Below, in pieces: positions 10,801-25,468 of a stretch of DNA of 64,000 nucleotides. The notes beneath the pieces are model-generated. The model did no database searches and had not been told where the DNA came from. It saw only the letters and a program-made list of their open reading frames with translations. The DNA lies in assembly GCA_937907525.1 (NCBI GenBank), contig CALCIB010000187.1, forward strand, positions 390 to 64,389, read 5' to 3'. Made by a program: the position numbers and the translations under genes. Source of the stretch: an uncultured Planctomycetales bacterium. Its GTDB lineage: Bacteria > Planctomycetota > Planctomycetia > Isosphaerales > Isosphaeraceae. Every line of letters starts with the position of its first letter. Position 1 is the first letter of the stretch.

Positions 10801-11017
10801 GGCCCTCGACGTGAAAAAGGGGAGGCTCGCGCTGCGGACCCTCGGACTGGCCGACGCCCGCGACGCTGGGGCCGTCCGGGTCAAGGCGAGCCTCGGCGGC
10901 GAGTCGATCGCGGGGGCGGTCGCCAAACCGGCCGCCACGCCGGGGATGATCGACGTCGTCCTGCCGGCCGAGGTCGTCGTCGAGCCGGGCCGCCCCTTGT
11001 CCGTTACTCTGTCCTGA
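7826..11017 (+). CDS. Tat-exported GH116 (non-lysosomal glucosylceramidase-like) glycoside hydrolase, 1063 aa
   Basis: AAAGGAGG SD; SRREFLQ Tat motif; IGMPVGGICAGQLYLGGDG N-terminus; YGWEGVGCCEGTCTHVWHY, DGQAG, NPWNEVECGDHYARSM. Confidence 0.85.
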   Translation: MASEKAGRSDGGCRPGSGCCGPAPSRREFLQVGIAAGAVLAGVRPRGAMAGPFDSSEFDRLVPADKKLDPEWVKALFERGRPKVHEGADLDLIGMPVGGICAGQLYLGGDGRLWHWDVFNARIGTNEAHYANPMRPASPVEQGAAIRVKKGDGGEVRTLDRDGFSNVRFRGEYPIGVVTYEDPSVPVKVTLEAFSPFVPLDVDSSSIPATTLTYTVENATAETVEVDLGAWLQNAVCHATGRPEEGTLVNEVARGARLLAVVSRAQTAPAAEGAEPERPAIVVADFEGPDYGGWKTEGEAFGDKPSTGTRPGQQHVGGFLGKGLVNSWAGSDDPTGRLTSPPFKIERRHLNFLIGGGDFKGQTCVNLKIDGRVVDSAVGEKAEALTWRSFDVRRHAGRSAVIELVDAKAGPWGHVNADQFVQEDRPRGSLGPIAERRDFGTMALGLIDPDDRDEVRPAAPSGFPIAGLFGGEADPRAPFGSRLVGAVVRPMTLKPGEKGSATFVIAWHFPNMSLPPNARISGTPGRFYATRFPDALAAARHLAEEWPRLDRETRLWRDVWYDSTLPYWFLDRTFASVATLATSTCHRFKNGRFYGWEGVGCCEGTCTHVWHYAQAVGRLFPELERNLRERVDYADGVGFHPDTGAIGFRAEGDRNPAVDGQAGVVLRTYREHQTSTDDAFLERLWPKVKKSLEFLATYDHDGDGILEGGQHNTLDAKWYGRIPWLSSLYLAALKAGEAMARAVGDAAFADRCRDVAEKGADALVDQLWDEEYGYFVQRRDPAHAKAVGTYDGCEIDQVFGQHWAFQVGLGRLLDEAKVKRALAALWRYNFTPDVGPYREAYKPGRWYAMPGEAGLLMATFPKSPRPEIDDPGNVWSTMYFNECMNGFEYQVAGHMVWEGMLKEGLAITRSLEDRYDASRRNPWNEVECGDHYARSMAAYGVFLAACGYEYHGPERRIAFAPRLRPEDFRAPFTAAEGWGTFSQRGERGKLTAALDVKKGRLALRTLGLADARDAGAVRVKASLGGESIAGAVAKPAATPGMIDVVLPAEVVVEPGRPLSVTLS

Positions 11018-11142
11018 CGGGGCCCCAAGTCCGCGAACCGCTCGGCCGGATCGGGTCAAGTCGCATGGTCCGGCCGGTCGAAACTAGCGAGACGCGACCC
11101 CTCGCGGTTCGCGGCCCTCGACTTCGACCCTGGGAGGCGTGG

Positions 11143-11898
11143 ATGCCGCCGTTCAACTTGCGAGAGCCCGTCAGCGCCTTGACGCACGCCCTGGGGCTGG
11201 CCGCGGCCTTGCCGACGACCTGGCTCCTGATCCGCGCCGCCATGAAGCGACCGACCACCGATCCGGCCGCCAGGGGCTTCCAGAACGCCAAGATCGCCAG
11301 TCTGGCCGCCTTCGGGATCGGCATGGCCGCCTGCTACGCTGGGAGCGTGGCGTACCATGCGATTCCGGGGGACGAGCGGACGGTCGACCTGCTGCGGCGG
11401 CTCGACATGTTGGGCATCTTCCTGCTGATCGCCGGCACGTTCACGCCCGTGGCCTGGGTACTGATGCGGCCGTGGCCGCGGCGAGGGGTGATGGTCGTCG
11501 CGTGGGGCGTCTCAAGCGTCTGCGGCGCGGCCATGGCCGTCGGCCTCCCGTTCCCGACCTGGCTGGCGACGAGCATCTACCTGGCGTTGGGCTGGGGAGG
11601 GGCGCTCTGTTACCTGGAGATGCGCCGCAACCACGACCGGCGGACGCTGCGGTTCCTACCGATCGGCGGCGCCCTGTACAGCCTGGGGGCCGTCGTCAAT
11701 CTGACCCACGCCGAGTTCGCGACGGGCCTGGCCGCCCACGAGGTCTTCCACCTGTTCGTGCTGGCCGGGACCGCGGCGCACGTCGCGTTCCTCTTCCAGG
11801 TCGCCGTTCCGGCCCCGGCCCCGGCGTCGCGGGTGAACGTCCTACGACCGGGGCTTCCGAGGGAGCGTCGGCGTCGCCAGGTCCGGATCGACGCTTGA
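11143..11898 (+). CDS. Hemolysin III / PAQR family membrane protein, 251 aa
   Basis: EPVSALTH, SVAYHA, LRRLDMLGIFLLIAGTFTP, HEVFHLFVLAGTAAH; about 7 hydrophobic segments; GGGAGG SD. Confidence 0.88.
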   Translation: MPPFNLREPVSALTHALGLAAALPTTWLLIRAAMKRPTTDPAARGFQNAKIASLAAFGIGMAACYAGSVAYHAIPGDERTVDLLRRLDMLGIFLLIAGTFTPVAWVLMRPWPRRGVMVVAWGVSSVCGAAMAVGLPFPTWLATSIYLALGWGGALCYLEMRRNHDRRTLRFLPIGGALYSLGAVVNLTHAEFATGLAAHEVFHLFVLAGTAAHVAFLFQVAVPAPAPASRVNVLRPGLPRERRRRQVRIDA

Positions 11899-12303
11899 GG
11901 ACGGGGAGAGCGGCGCGCCCAGGACCGCCTCCAGGTGTTTCAAGGTTTCCTCGCGACCGAACTGGGCCTTGCCGAAGCCGCGGACGGCGCCGATCTCGAC
12001 GGCCTCGTCCTGGGCTTCGGGATAGTTGCTCACGAGCATCATGGGGACGTCGGCGAAGGCGGCCTCGCCCTTCAGGGCGCGGATCACGTCGAGGCCGGAC
12101 GTCTGGTCGACGTCCAGAAGGCGATTGACGAGGACCAGGTCGTAGCGGGCCTTCTCCATCAGGCCGAGCGCGTCGTCGAGCTTGTGGGCGCGGTCGACGT
12201 GGGCGCCGAAGTGTTTGGAGAGGAAGCGGCTGATCCGGGGATGGTCGTAACCACACTGCCCCACGTTCAGGACCCTGGGGGAATCCCCGTTCGTCTCGGC
12301 CAC
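11842..12303 (-). CDS. Stand-alone receiver (CheY-like) domain protein, atypical
   Basis: RYDLVLVNRLLD...SGLDVIRALK...PMMLVSNY...AVEIGAVRGFGKA pattern; GAGGAGG SD before GTG. Confidence 0.8.
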   Translation of the reverse strand: MAETNGDSPRVLNVGQCGYDHPRISRFLSKHFGAHVDRAHKLDDALGLMEKARYDLVLVNRLLDVDQTSGLDVIRALKGEAAFADVPMMLVSNYPEAQDEAVEIGAVRGFGKAQFGREETLKHLEAVLGAPLSPSSSVDPDLATPTLPRKPRS

Positions 12304-12593
12304 CACCCACCTCCTCGCGCGACATCCGGAAAAATCGCCGGGCGAATCGAGCCCACGCCACGCGACCATTGTTCGGGTTCCGCGACGGTCCTTCAAGACT
12401 TGTCGCCGAGGTCGTCGGATTTCGGATTGCGGAACTTGAGGAAATCGTGATAGAAAGCCGCCCGCTTCAACGCGGGCGCCGGCGCTTCACGTCCCCGCTC
12501 CCATCGATCAGCCGCGGCCGTTCTCCAGGCCGTCGCCGGCGCGCCCCAGCCATGGAATCCCCACCCCGAGGATCGGGGGGAAGGACGCAACAC

Positions 12594-13361
12594 ATGATCG
12601 ACGCATGGAAGCGACGGATCGTCGTCGCGACGGGTCTGGGGGTCGTCGGGGCCTGCCTCTCGGCGACGACGGCCGCGGCCGCGCCGCTACGACCCCACAC
12701 AGTCGCGACCGCCGCCGGTCGGGCGTTGCTGCTCGATCAAACCGGTCGCCGGATCGCCCTTCCCCGCGCGGGCGCGTCGCCGCCGTCGGGGGCGACGCCG
12801 ACGTATCTCGCCCACCGCCTGCCGGGCCGATCCGGCGTCCCCGAGGGGACGCCGACCGTCGCCGCGGCGGCGGGAAGGGGAGCCGTCGGGCCGCTCCGCC
12901 TGGACGCGCTGGCGATTCAGACGCTCAACGCCGACCTGGCCAAATCGAGTCAGGCCGCCGTGATAGCGCCTCGTCAGGCGTTCCTCGTCGAGAAGGCGAC
13001 CGACTCGTCCCTGGCCGACGCGACGGCCGCGGCCCAGTACTGGCGCGCCGCCATCGCGAACCAGGATGGAGGCAACTCGGTCGGCGACACCATGAAAGGC
13101 TGGTTCGACTCCGGGACCGACGCGGTCAAGAAGCTCAACACCTCGATCCTCGACACCCTTAAGAAGACGTTCGCCGCGCCCGCCCCCAAGCCCGTGATCG
13201 CGGCCCAGGTGATCGACCTGGGAGGTCTGCGGATGCCGCCCGCCGACGAGTCGTCCGCCGCGGCGCCCCAGGCCGCCCCCGTCCCGGAGCCCTCGACCTG
13301 GCTGGTCTTCGCCGCGGCGTCGGTCCTGGGCCTTCGGCTCCGATCCCGCAAGGCCGCCTGA
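12594..13361 (+). CDS. PEP-CTERM sorting-domain secreted protein, 255 aa
   Basis: N-terminal signal peptide; C-terminal VPEPSTWLVFAAASVLGLRLRSRK. Confidence 0.85.
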   Translation: MIDAWKRRIVVATGLGVVGACLSATTAAAAPLRPHTVATAAGRALLLDQTGRRIALPRAGASPPSGATPTYLAHRLPGRSGVPEGTPTVAAAAGRGAVGPLRLDALAIQTLNADLAKSSQAAVIAPRQAFLVEKATDSSLADATAAAQYWRAAIANQDGGNSVGDTMKGWFDSGTDAVKKLNTSILDTLKKTFAAPAPKPVIAAQVIDLGGLRMPPADESSAAAPQAAPVPEPSTWLVFAAASVLGLRLRSRKAA

Positions 13362-13369
13362 CCGATCGA

Positions 13370-14680
13370 TCAATCCCCAGGCCGCCACCACTCGTCGATC
13401 AGCCGCGTCAACTCCGCGACCCTGCCGGGCTCCGAGACGGCTAGATCAAGGGTCTCGTCGGGGTCGGCGGCCACGTTGTAAAGCCTTGGGGGATCGCCCG
13501 GCATGTTGACGGGGTCGGGCAGGACCAGCTTCCAGTCCCCCGCGACCGCCCAGCGATAGCGAAGACCCGCCGCCGGTCGGTCGAGGTCGGCGACGTCGTG
13601 CTTGTAGATCTCCCCGAAGACCGCGGGACGATCCGCCACCGCTTTCTCATCCAGCAGGTTCACGCCGCTCATCTCGGCCGCCGGCGTCACCCCCGCGGCG
13701 GCCAGGATCGTCGGAGCCACGTCGATCGAACTGACGGGCCGACTCACCTCCCTCGGCTTCACGTGGCCCGGCCATCGCGCGATGATCGGCGTCCGCAGGC
13801 CGCCGTCCTGGGACGACAGCTTGGACCTCGGCGCGTACCGGGGCCGCTCCGGATCCTGGATCCAGCCGTTATCGGCCAGGAAGACGACCAGCGTGTCGTC
13901 CGCGACGTTCCGCGCGTCGAGGTGGTCGAGCAACTCGCCGCAGGTCTCGTCGAACCACTCGATCATCGCCCAGTACTTCGCGACGAGGGGGCTGGGGGCG
14001 ACGTCCAGGTACTTCGCCAGCAGACGCTCCGGCGGCGTATGGGGTTGATGAGGCATCATCGGCGCGTACCAGACGAAGAACGGCCGGTCGGCGTCCACCG
14101 AGCGGTCGATGAAGTCCAGCACCGGCCGCATCGTCTTGCGACCGATCTCAAGGCCGACGTCGCCGTGACGACCGCCGCGCGCCAGGTCGCCGTGGGTCAT
14201 GCCCTCGGCGAAGCCTCCCACGTCGAAGTTCCCGCCCCACCACTTGCCCGCCTGGAACGTGGCGTAGCCGTGTTCTCCCAGCAGCCTGGGGATGGTCGGA
14301 GCGGCCTTGAGGAAGCCCTCCATCCGTCGCCGCCCTTCAAGCAAGGCCGGGTCGTCGAGCAGCTTGCCGAAGCGGCTGGCCGTCCCCGGCGGGTCGTTGC
14401 CCGTCACCTTGTGTTGGTGGGCGTATTGCCCCGTGATGATCGACGCCAGGCTCGGCGAGCACAGGCTGGTCGGCACGTACCCGCGACGGAAGGTCAGCCC
14501 CTCGGCCGCGAGTCGGTCGATCCGCGGAGTCTTCACGTGCGGATGACCCATGAACGAAAAATCGGTCCAGGCGTGATCGTCCGAGATGATCAAGACCACG
14601 TTCGGCGGCCGGTCGGCGGCGGAGGCCGAAGCGGAAATCGCGACGAAGGACGCCAGGACCAGGGCGACGAAACCGCGCAT
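13370..14680 (-). CDS. Sulfatase (formylglycine-type fold), 436 aa
   Basis: Signal peptide; PPNVVLIISDDH, TPRIDRLAAEG, SLCSPSLASIITG, GKWWGG, DTLVVFLADNG, GDWKL, LYNVAADPDE. Confidence 0.9.
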   Translation of the reverse strand: MRGFVALVLASFVAISASASAADRPPNVVLIISDDHAWTDFSFMGHPHVKTPRIDRLAAEGLTFRRGYVPTSLCSPSLASIITGQYAHQHKVTGNDPPGTASRFGKLLDDPALLEGRRRMEGFLKAAPTIPRLLGEHGYATFQAGKWWGGNFDVGGFAEGMTHGDLARGGRHGDVGLEIGRKTMRPVLDFIDRSVDADRPFFVWYAPMMPHQPHTPPERLLAKYLDVAPSPLVAKYWAMIEWFDETCGELLDHLDARNVADDTLVVFLADNGWIQDPERPRYAPRSKLSSQDGGLRTPIIARWPGHVKPREVSRPVSSIDVAPTILAAAGVTPAAEMSGVNLLDEKAVADRPAVFGEIYKHDVADLDRPAAGLRYRWAVAGDWKLVLPDPVNMPGDPPRLYNVAADPDETLDLAVSEPGRVAELTRLIDEWWRPGD

Positions 14681-14852
14681 GTCGATTCTCCCCATATCGT
14701 TCGGATCGCCTGGAAGACGTCGCCACTGTATCCGTCCGACGCCCCTCGCGAAATCCCCCGGCGGCCCCTGGACAATTTCAGGCGGACGCGCGTATAGTAA
14801 CCGGCCTGGAGAAAGAGACGACGGTCGGGAGGGAAGGGGAGGCGTTTCAGGG

Positions 14853-21389
<6,537 letters not shown>

Positions 21390-21713
21390 TCATTTCGGCT
21401 TCTTCTCGTAGGCTCGGACGTCGAGCGAGGGCCGGGCGGGCTTGATTGACTCGTCTTCGTCGTCGCCTCCACGCCGCGGGACCAACGCCTCAGCGCTCCC
21501 CCGCCGCTTCCACTTAGACAGTGCGCCTCGCAATCGATCCGTGCGCGCCATGGCCCCCCTCCGCTTTTTTTCAAAAGTCGCTATCCCTTTTCCCGTCATT
21601 GTTTACAGCGACTCGCCGAGACAAAAAAACCGTCGCCGTTCTCAAACCATGTTTTGTATGGCACTTCTTGGTGTCGGCGTCGACCGGGGCCGGGCGGCTC
21701 AGGAGGCGATGCG

Positions 21714-22313
21714 ATGGGAACCACGAAGAGCAATCGAGTCGGCGACGTGATCCGGGCTTTCCGCGACGATGAATGGCTCCGACTCCACGAGGAGGAGGGT
21801 AAGTCGATCGTCGAACTCGCCGAGGAGGCGGGGATGAGCGTCCGGCACGTCAAAAGGTCGCTGTCCCAGGCACGCAAGGCACGAGAATCCCGGATCAGGG
21901 ACGGGGGCGACGCCTCATCGTCCTTGGCCCTGGGCGGCGACGCCTTGGAGTCGGAGTCCGGCGCGATCCGAGCGCCAGCGTGGCTGGAGTTGGTCCCTCT
22001 GTTCCCAGTCGGACCTTTCACCCCGGCGTCGGAATGTCCGCATCGCGGGCCAATCCCCGAGGGCTCGCTCCTCTGCTGCATGGTCTGCTCGGCCTCTGGG
22101 GTGGACGGTCATCCCGCCCTGGCTCGAAACCCGGCGACTGACCCGCGCCCCGAGCCGAAACCCCGACGTTCGCGACGATCGAGCGCGACGAGGCCCGAGG
22201 AAGCCGGCGAGGCCGAGTCGAAGCCCGAGACCCGCCGCAAGCGGCGTTCCCGAGTCTTCGGATCAGGATCGCCGGCCGCGGACGCAAACGTGACCGATCA
22301 AAATTCCCATTAA
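21714..22313 (+). CDS. Putative DNA-binding regulator (HTH-like N-terminus, Cys-rich C-terminal part), 199 aa
   Basis: AGGAGG SD; GKSIVELAEEAGMSVRHVKRSL resembles an HTH; CPHRGPIPEGSLLCCMVCSASG. Confidence 0.6.
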   Translation: MGTTKSNRVGDVIRAFRDDEWLRLHEEEGKSIVELAEEAGMSVRHVKRSLSQARKARESRIRDGGDASSSLALGGDALESESGAIRAPAWLELVPLFPVGPFTPASECPHRGPIPEGSLLCCMVCSASGVDGHPALARNPATDPRPEPKPRRSRRSSATRPEEAGEAESKPETRRKRRSRVFGSGSPAADANVTDQNSH

Positions 22314-22410
22314 TCCAGGAACGGCGATCAACCTTGCCGTATTCGGGATATCACACGCACCCCATCCCGCATGCGACGACCCCGGTCATGCCATCTCAGC
22401 GATGCGAATC

Positions 22411-22710
22411 ATGGCATTCAAGCCGTCGAGGCCGTTGGCGGAGGCGCGCCCGCGCGAATGGGGTCGCATGCGCCGACCGGGCCCCGGTTCGCGGCGAGAA
22501 CGCTCTCGGAGCATTGGAGCCGACATCTGGCAACACGACCCTCCATCGCGTCGGCCTCGCGTACGGATCGATCCGCCCCATCCCTCTCCGTTTCAAGCTC
22601 GCGTCGAAACGATCGGGGGGGAGGACCGGGCGCTCCTGATCGTCCTGATCGTGGCGGCCGTTCTGATGCTCGCATCGGAATCTCTATGGGCGCTCATGCC
22701 CGAGTTTTAA
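22411..22710 (+). CDS. Hypothetical protein with C-terminal transmembrane segment
   Basis: ALLIVLIVAAVLMLA hydrophobic stretch; weak start signal. Confidence 0.4.
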   Translation: MAFKPSRPLAEARPREWGRMRRPGPGSRRERSRSIGADIWQHDPPSRRPRVRIDPPHPSPFQARVETIGGEDRALLIVLIVAAVLMLASESLWALMPEF

Positions 22711-22872
22711 CGCCGTCGAAGTGGTCGCCGAGTCGGGGAGCCCGACACGGGGGCGTCCGTGACACCCGTCGCGACCCCAGGCCCGCGCGGCCGTCGTCGA
22801 CTCGACGCGCCGCCGCCGCCGGCTCCGCAAAGTCGCCCAAGACGCCGAATCGCTGGAAAACAGGTTCACGCC

Positions 22873-23232
22873 ATGAACTACGTCCCGGACGTCTCGCAAA
22901 ACCTCGCGTACCTGGGAGGGCTCGCGGCGACGACCACCGCGCTGATCGCCGAGGCCGTCTCCACGGACCCCGCGGTCGGCGCGGGGTCGTTCCTGCTGGG
23001 GGGCGCCGGCCTGATCGCGGCGATCTCGGCTTTCATGAAGGACTTCTGGATGGATCGTCAGAAGCAACGCGACCACGAGCTGGCGGCGCTTCGGATCCAG
23101 GCGAGGAGCGAGCGGATCGAGGAGATGGTGGAGGCCCTGTTGGCGTGGATGAAGGCCGCGCGATCCGTCGATGCGTCTCTTCCCCCGGTCCCCGACATCG
23201 TTCACCTCCGAGAGAAACCCGATGACGAATAA
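22873..23232 (+). CDS. Small membrane protein, holin-like (119 aa)
   Basis: Two hydrophobic segments (LAYLGGLAATTTALIA; AGSFLLGGAGLIAAISAFM) then a charged helical tail; lies just upstream of the terminase genes. Confidence 0.5.
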   Translation: MNYVPDVSQNLAYLGGLAATTTALIAEAVSTDPAVGAGSFLLGGAGLIAAISAFMKDFWMDRQKQRDHELAALRIQARSERIEEMVEALLAWMKAARSVDASLPPVPDIVHLREKPDDE

Positions 23233-23530
23233 AAGCATCCGCCTCGCGTTCGGGGCGTGGGCGAGGAAGCGTCCCGGCGGCCTTCCAGGGTTCGTCGCGG
23301 CCGTCTGTCTCACGGGGGCGGCCCTCCTGACCTTGTCGAAGACCTTGGGACGTCACGCTCACTCATTCCGTCGTTCGACCTCGATCGCCGACGTCGTTCG
23401 AGCCGAGGAAGGCGAGGTCGAACGGCGATCCGCCGAGGATCGCTGGAGAGTCGAGGTCTCGACGAAGCTGGAGGAACTCCTCGCCCGCGTCCCCGGGTGT
23501 CCCGAGGATTCCGCCTCCAGGTCCAACTAG
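23222..23530 (+). CDS. Single-pass membrane protein (102 aa), possibly lysis-related
   Basis: Overlaps previous stop; basic N-terminus, FVAAVCLTGAALLTL segment, helical C-terminus. Confidence 0.5.
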   Translation: MTNKSIRLAFGAWARKRPGGLPGFVAAVCLTGAALLTLSKTLGRHAHSFRRSTSIADVVRAEEGEVERRSAEDRWRVEVSTKLEELLARVPGCPEDSASRSN

Positions 23531-23547
23531 GTATCCGGAACAACGAC

Positions 23548-23871
23548 ATGATTGGCGACGGAGCCGCGACCAGGACGGTGACGACGACGGCCTCGACGGG
23601 GATCGACGTCGAACGGATCGGTCTCGACGACCGCCTCCGCGAACTCCTCGGCCTCCCGAGCGACGACCCGTCTCGGACTTGGGGAGACAGGGTCGCGGAG
23701 GCGATCGTCGCCGCCGCGGCCAGGGGCGACGCCCGCTCGTGGGGAGTCCTCTTCCGCCGCGCCGGCGCTGGCGCCGCGTCCGAGGCGGCCGGGACGGCCA
23801 TCGACGACGAGACCGCCCGCAGAATCCTGGAGGCCGCCCTTGGACGAGTCGACGATCAATCGCTTGATTAG
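23548..23871 (+). CDS. Putative terminase small subunit (107 aa)
   Basis: Size and position overlapping the large-terminase start; helical; no sequence motif recognised. Confidence 0.45.
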   Translation: MIGDGAATRTVTTTASTGIDVERIGLDDRLRELLGLPSDDPSRTWGDRVAEAIVAAAARGDARSWGVLFRRAGAGAASEAAGTAIDDETARRILEAALGRVDDQSLD

Positions 23872-25420
23872 GTCCGTGCGCGATCGGCGGCCCCGGACGT
23901 TGGACGAACTCCAGGCCTGGATCGAGGCCTTCGTCGGCGTCCGGATCCCGGCGCGGGCCGTCTGTCCCGGCCACTCCTCCCCGCTGGAGATGTTCGCCTC
24001 CCAGGTGCTGGATCGACCGTCTCTGGCGCTTTGGCACGGCCCGAGAGGGAGCGGCAAATCGTTTCTCTCGGCGCTCGACACCCACCTGGCGAGCCGCTTC
24101 AACCCGCGCCACGAAACCCACGTCCTGGGCGGGTCGCGGGCGCAGTCGGAGCAGATCTACCGCGCCCTCAAGGATCTGGTTCTCGAGGGAGCGGGGCCGC
24201 TCGGAAGCGACCGCGACTCGATCCGACGGCTTCTGAAGACGGAGGCGTCCTACGGCAACGGATCGCGGGTGGCGATCCTGTCGGCGAGCCCCACGAGCGT
24301 CCGCGGCCCCCACGTCGCCTCGCTGAAACTGGACGAGGTCGACGAGATCGACCCGGACATCCGCGAGTCGGCGATCGGCATGGCGATGGACCGCCGAGGA
24401 GTCCGGTCGAGCGTCCTGATGACCTCGACCTGGCATCGCCCGGCCGGCCCGATGGCGGATCTCGTCGACCAGGCGTGCGGGGGGGCCTTCCCGATCCACA
24501 CCTTTTGCGCCTTCGAGGTCCTGGAGCGCTGCCCGACCGAGCGGAGCGGCCCGAACCTGGAGAAGTGTCCGGACTGCCCGCTCATGGCCTGGTGCCACGA
24601 GGGCCGCGACGACGACCCTCTGGGCCGCCCCAAGGCCAAGCGAAGCAATGGACATTATTCGATCGACTCCCTGATTCAGAAGGTCCGGGGCGTCTCGCCG
24701 CGGGTCTTCGCCAGCGACTACCTGTGCCGCGGGCCGAAGGTCGACGGCGTCTGGTTCAAGGAGTTCGACGAGTCCCGGAACGTCTCCGAGGAGGCGGAGT
24801 TCGATCCGTCGCTGCCGGTCCACGTCGCGATCGACTCGGGAGTCTTCACGGGAGCCGTGGCGTTCCAGGTCCACCAAGGCTGGGAGTGGGCCGACCCACC
24901 GGAGCCGTCACGAGTCCACGTCTTCGCCGACTATCTGGCGGAGGGCCGCTCGGCCGAGACGTGCGCCCTCGAAATCCGGGAGTTTCTCGATCGGCTCTGC
25001 GGCTCCGCGAAGCGGTTCGTGTCCACCGACTCGGCCGGAGGGGCCAGGAATCCCGTCGGCCCGACGGTGATCTCGGAGTTTCAGAGATGCGGACTCGTCG
25101 GCGACACGGGTTTGCAAACCTGGCCCCGATATCCCGGATGCGTGATCGAGGGGCTGAACTTGATTGAAAGCCTGGTCCGGACGGCCGACGGCCGCCCCCG
25201 GCTGCTCATCCACCCCCGTTGCGCCCAACTCTCCGCGTCGCTCAAGAGCTACGCGAGGGCCCGCCGCGCGGGCCAGTGGATGGACTACCCCGCGGACCCG
25301 CAACACCCCTGGGAAGACCTCGTCGACGCGCTGCGGGGCGGGCTGGGCGTCGCGCTGCCCGAGGGGACGACCCCCGCGGCCCGCCCGCTCCGACGCGCCC
25401 GCGCCGACCGCGTGTTTTAA
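23840..25420 (+). CDS. Phage terminase large subunit
   Basis: Walker A HGPRGSGKS, Walker B LKLDEVDE, coupling motif MTST, RNase H-like nuclease residues (AIDSG, STDSAG, DLVDALR). TTG start uncertain. Confidence 0.88.
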   Translation: MDESTINRLIRSVRDRRPRTLDELQAWIEAFVGVRIPARAVCPGHSSPLEMFASQVLDRPSLALWHGPRGSGKSFLSALDTHLASRFNPRHETHVLGGSRAQSEQIYRALKDLVLEGAGPLGSDRDSIRRLLKTEASYGNGSRVAILSASPTSVRGPHVASLKLDEVDEIDPDIRESAIGMAMDRRGVRSSVLMTSTWHRPAGPMADLVDQACGGAFPIHTFCAFEVLERCPTERSGPNLEKCPDCPLMAWCHEGRDDDPLGRPKAKRSNGHYSIDSLIQKVRGVSPRVFASDYLCRGPKVDGVWFKEFDESRNVSEEAEFDPSLPVHVAIDSGVFTGAVAFQVHQGWEWADPPEPSRVHVFADYLAEGRSAETCALEIREFLDRLCGSAKRFVSTDSAGGARNPVGPTVISEFQRCGLVGDTGLQTWPRYPGCVIEGLNLIESLVRTADGRPRLLIHPRCAQLSASLKSYARARRAGQWMDYPADPQHPWEDLVDALRGGLGVALPEGTTPAARPLRRARADRVF

Positions 25421-25468
25421 ACGGCTTCGCCGCCGCGACATCCCACTTCAGCGGAATCCCACAACGTC

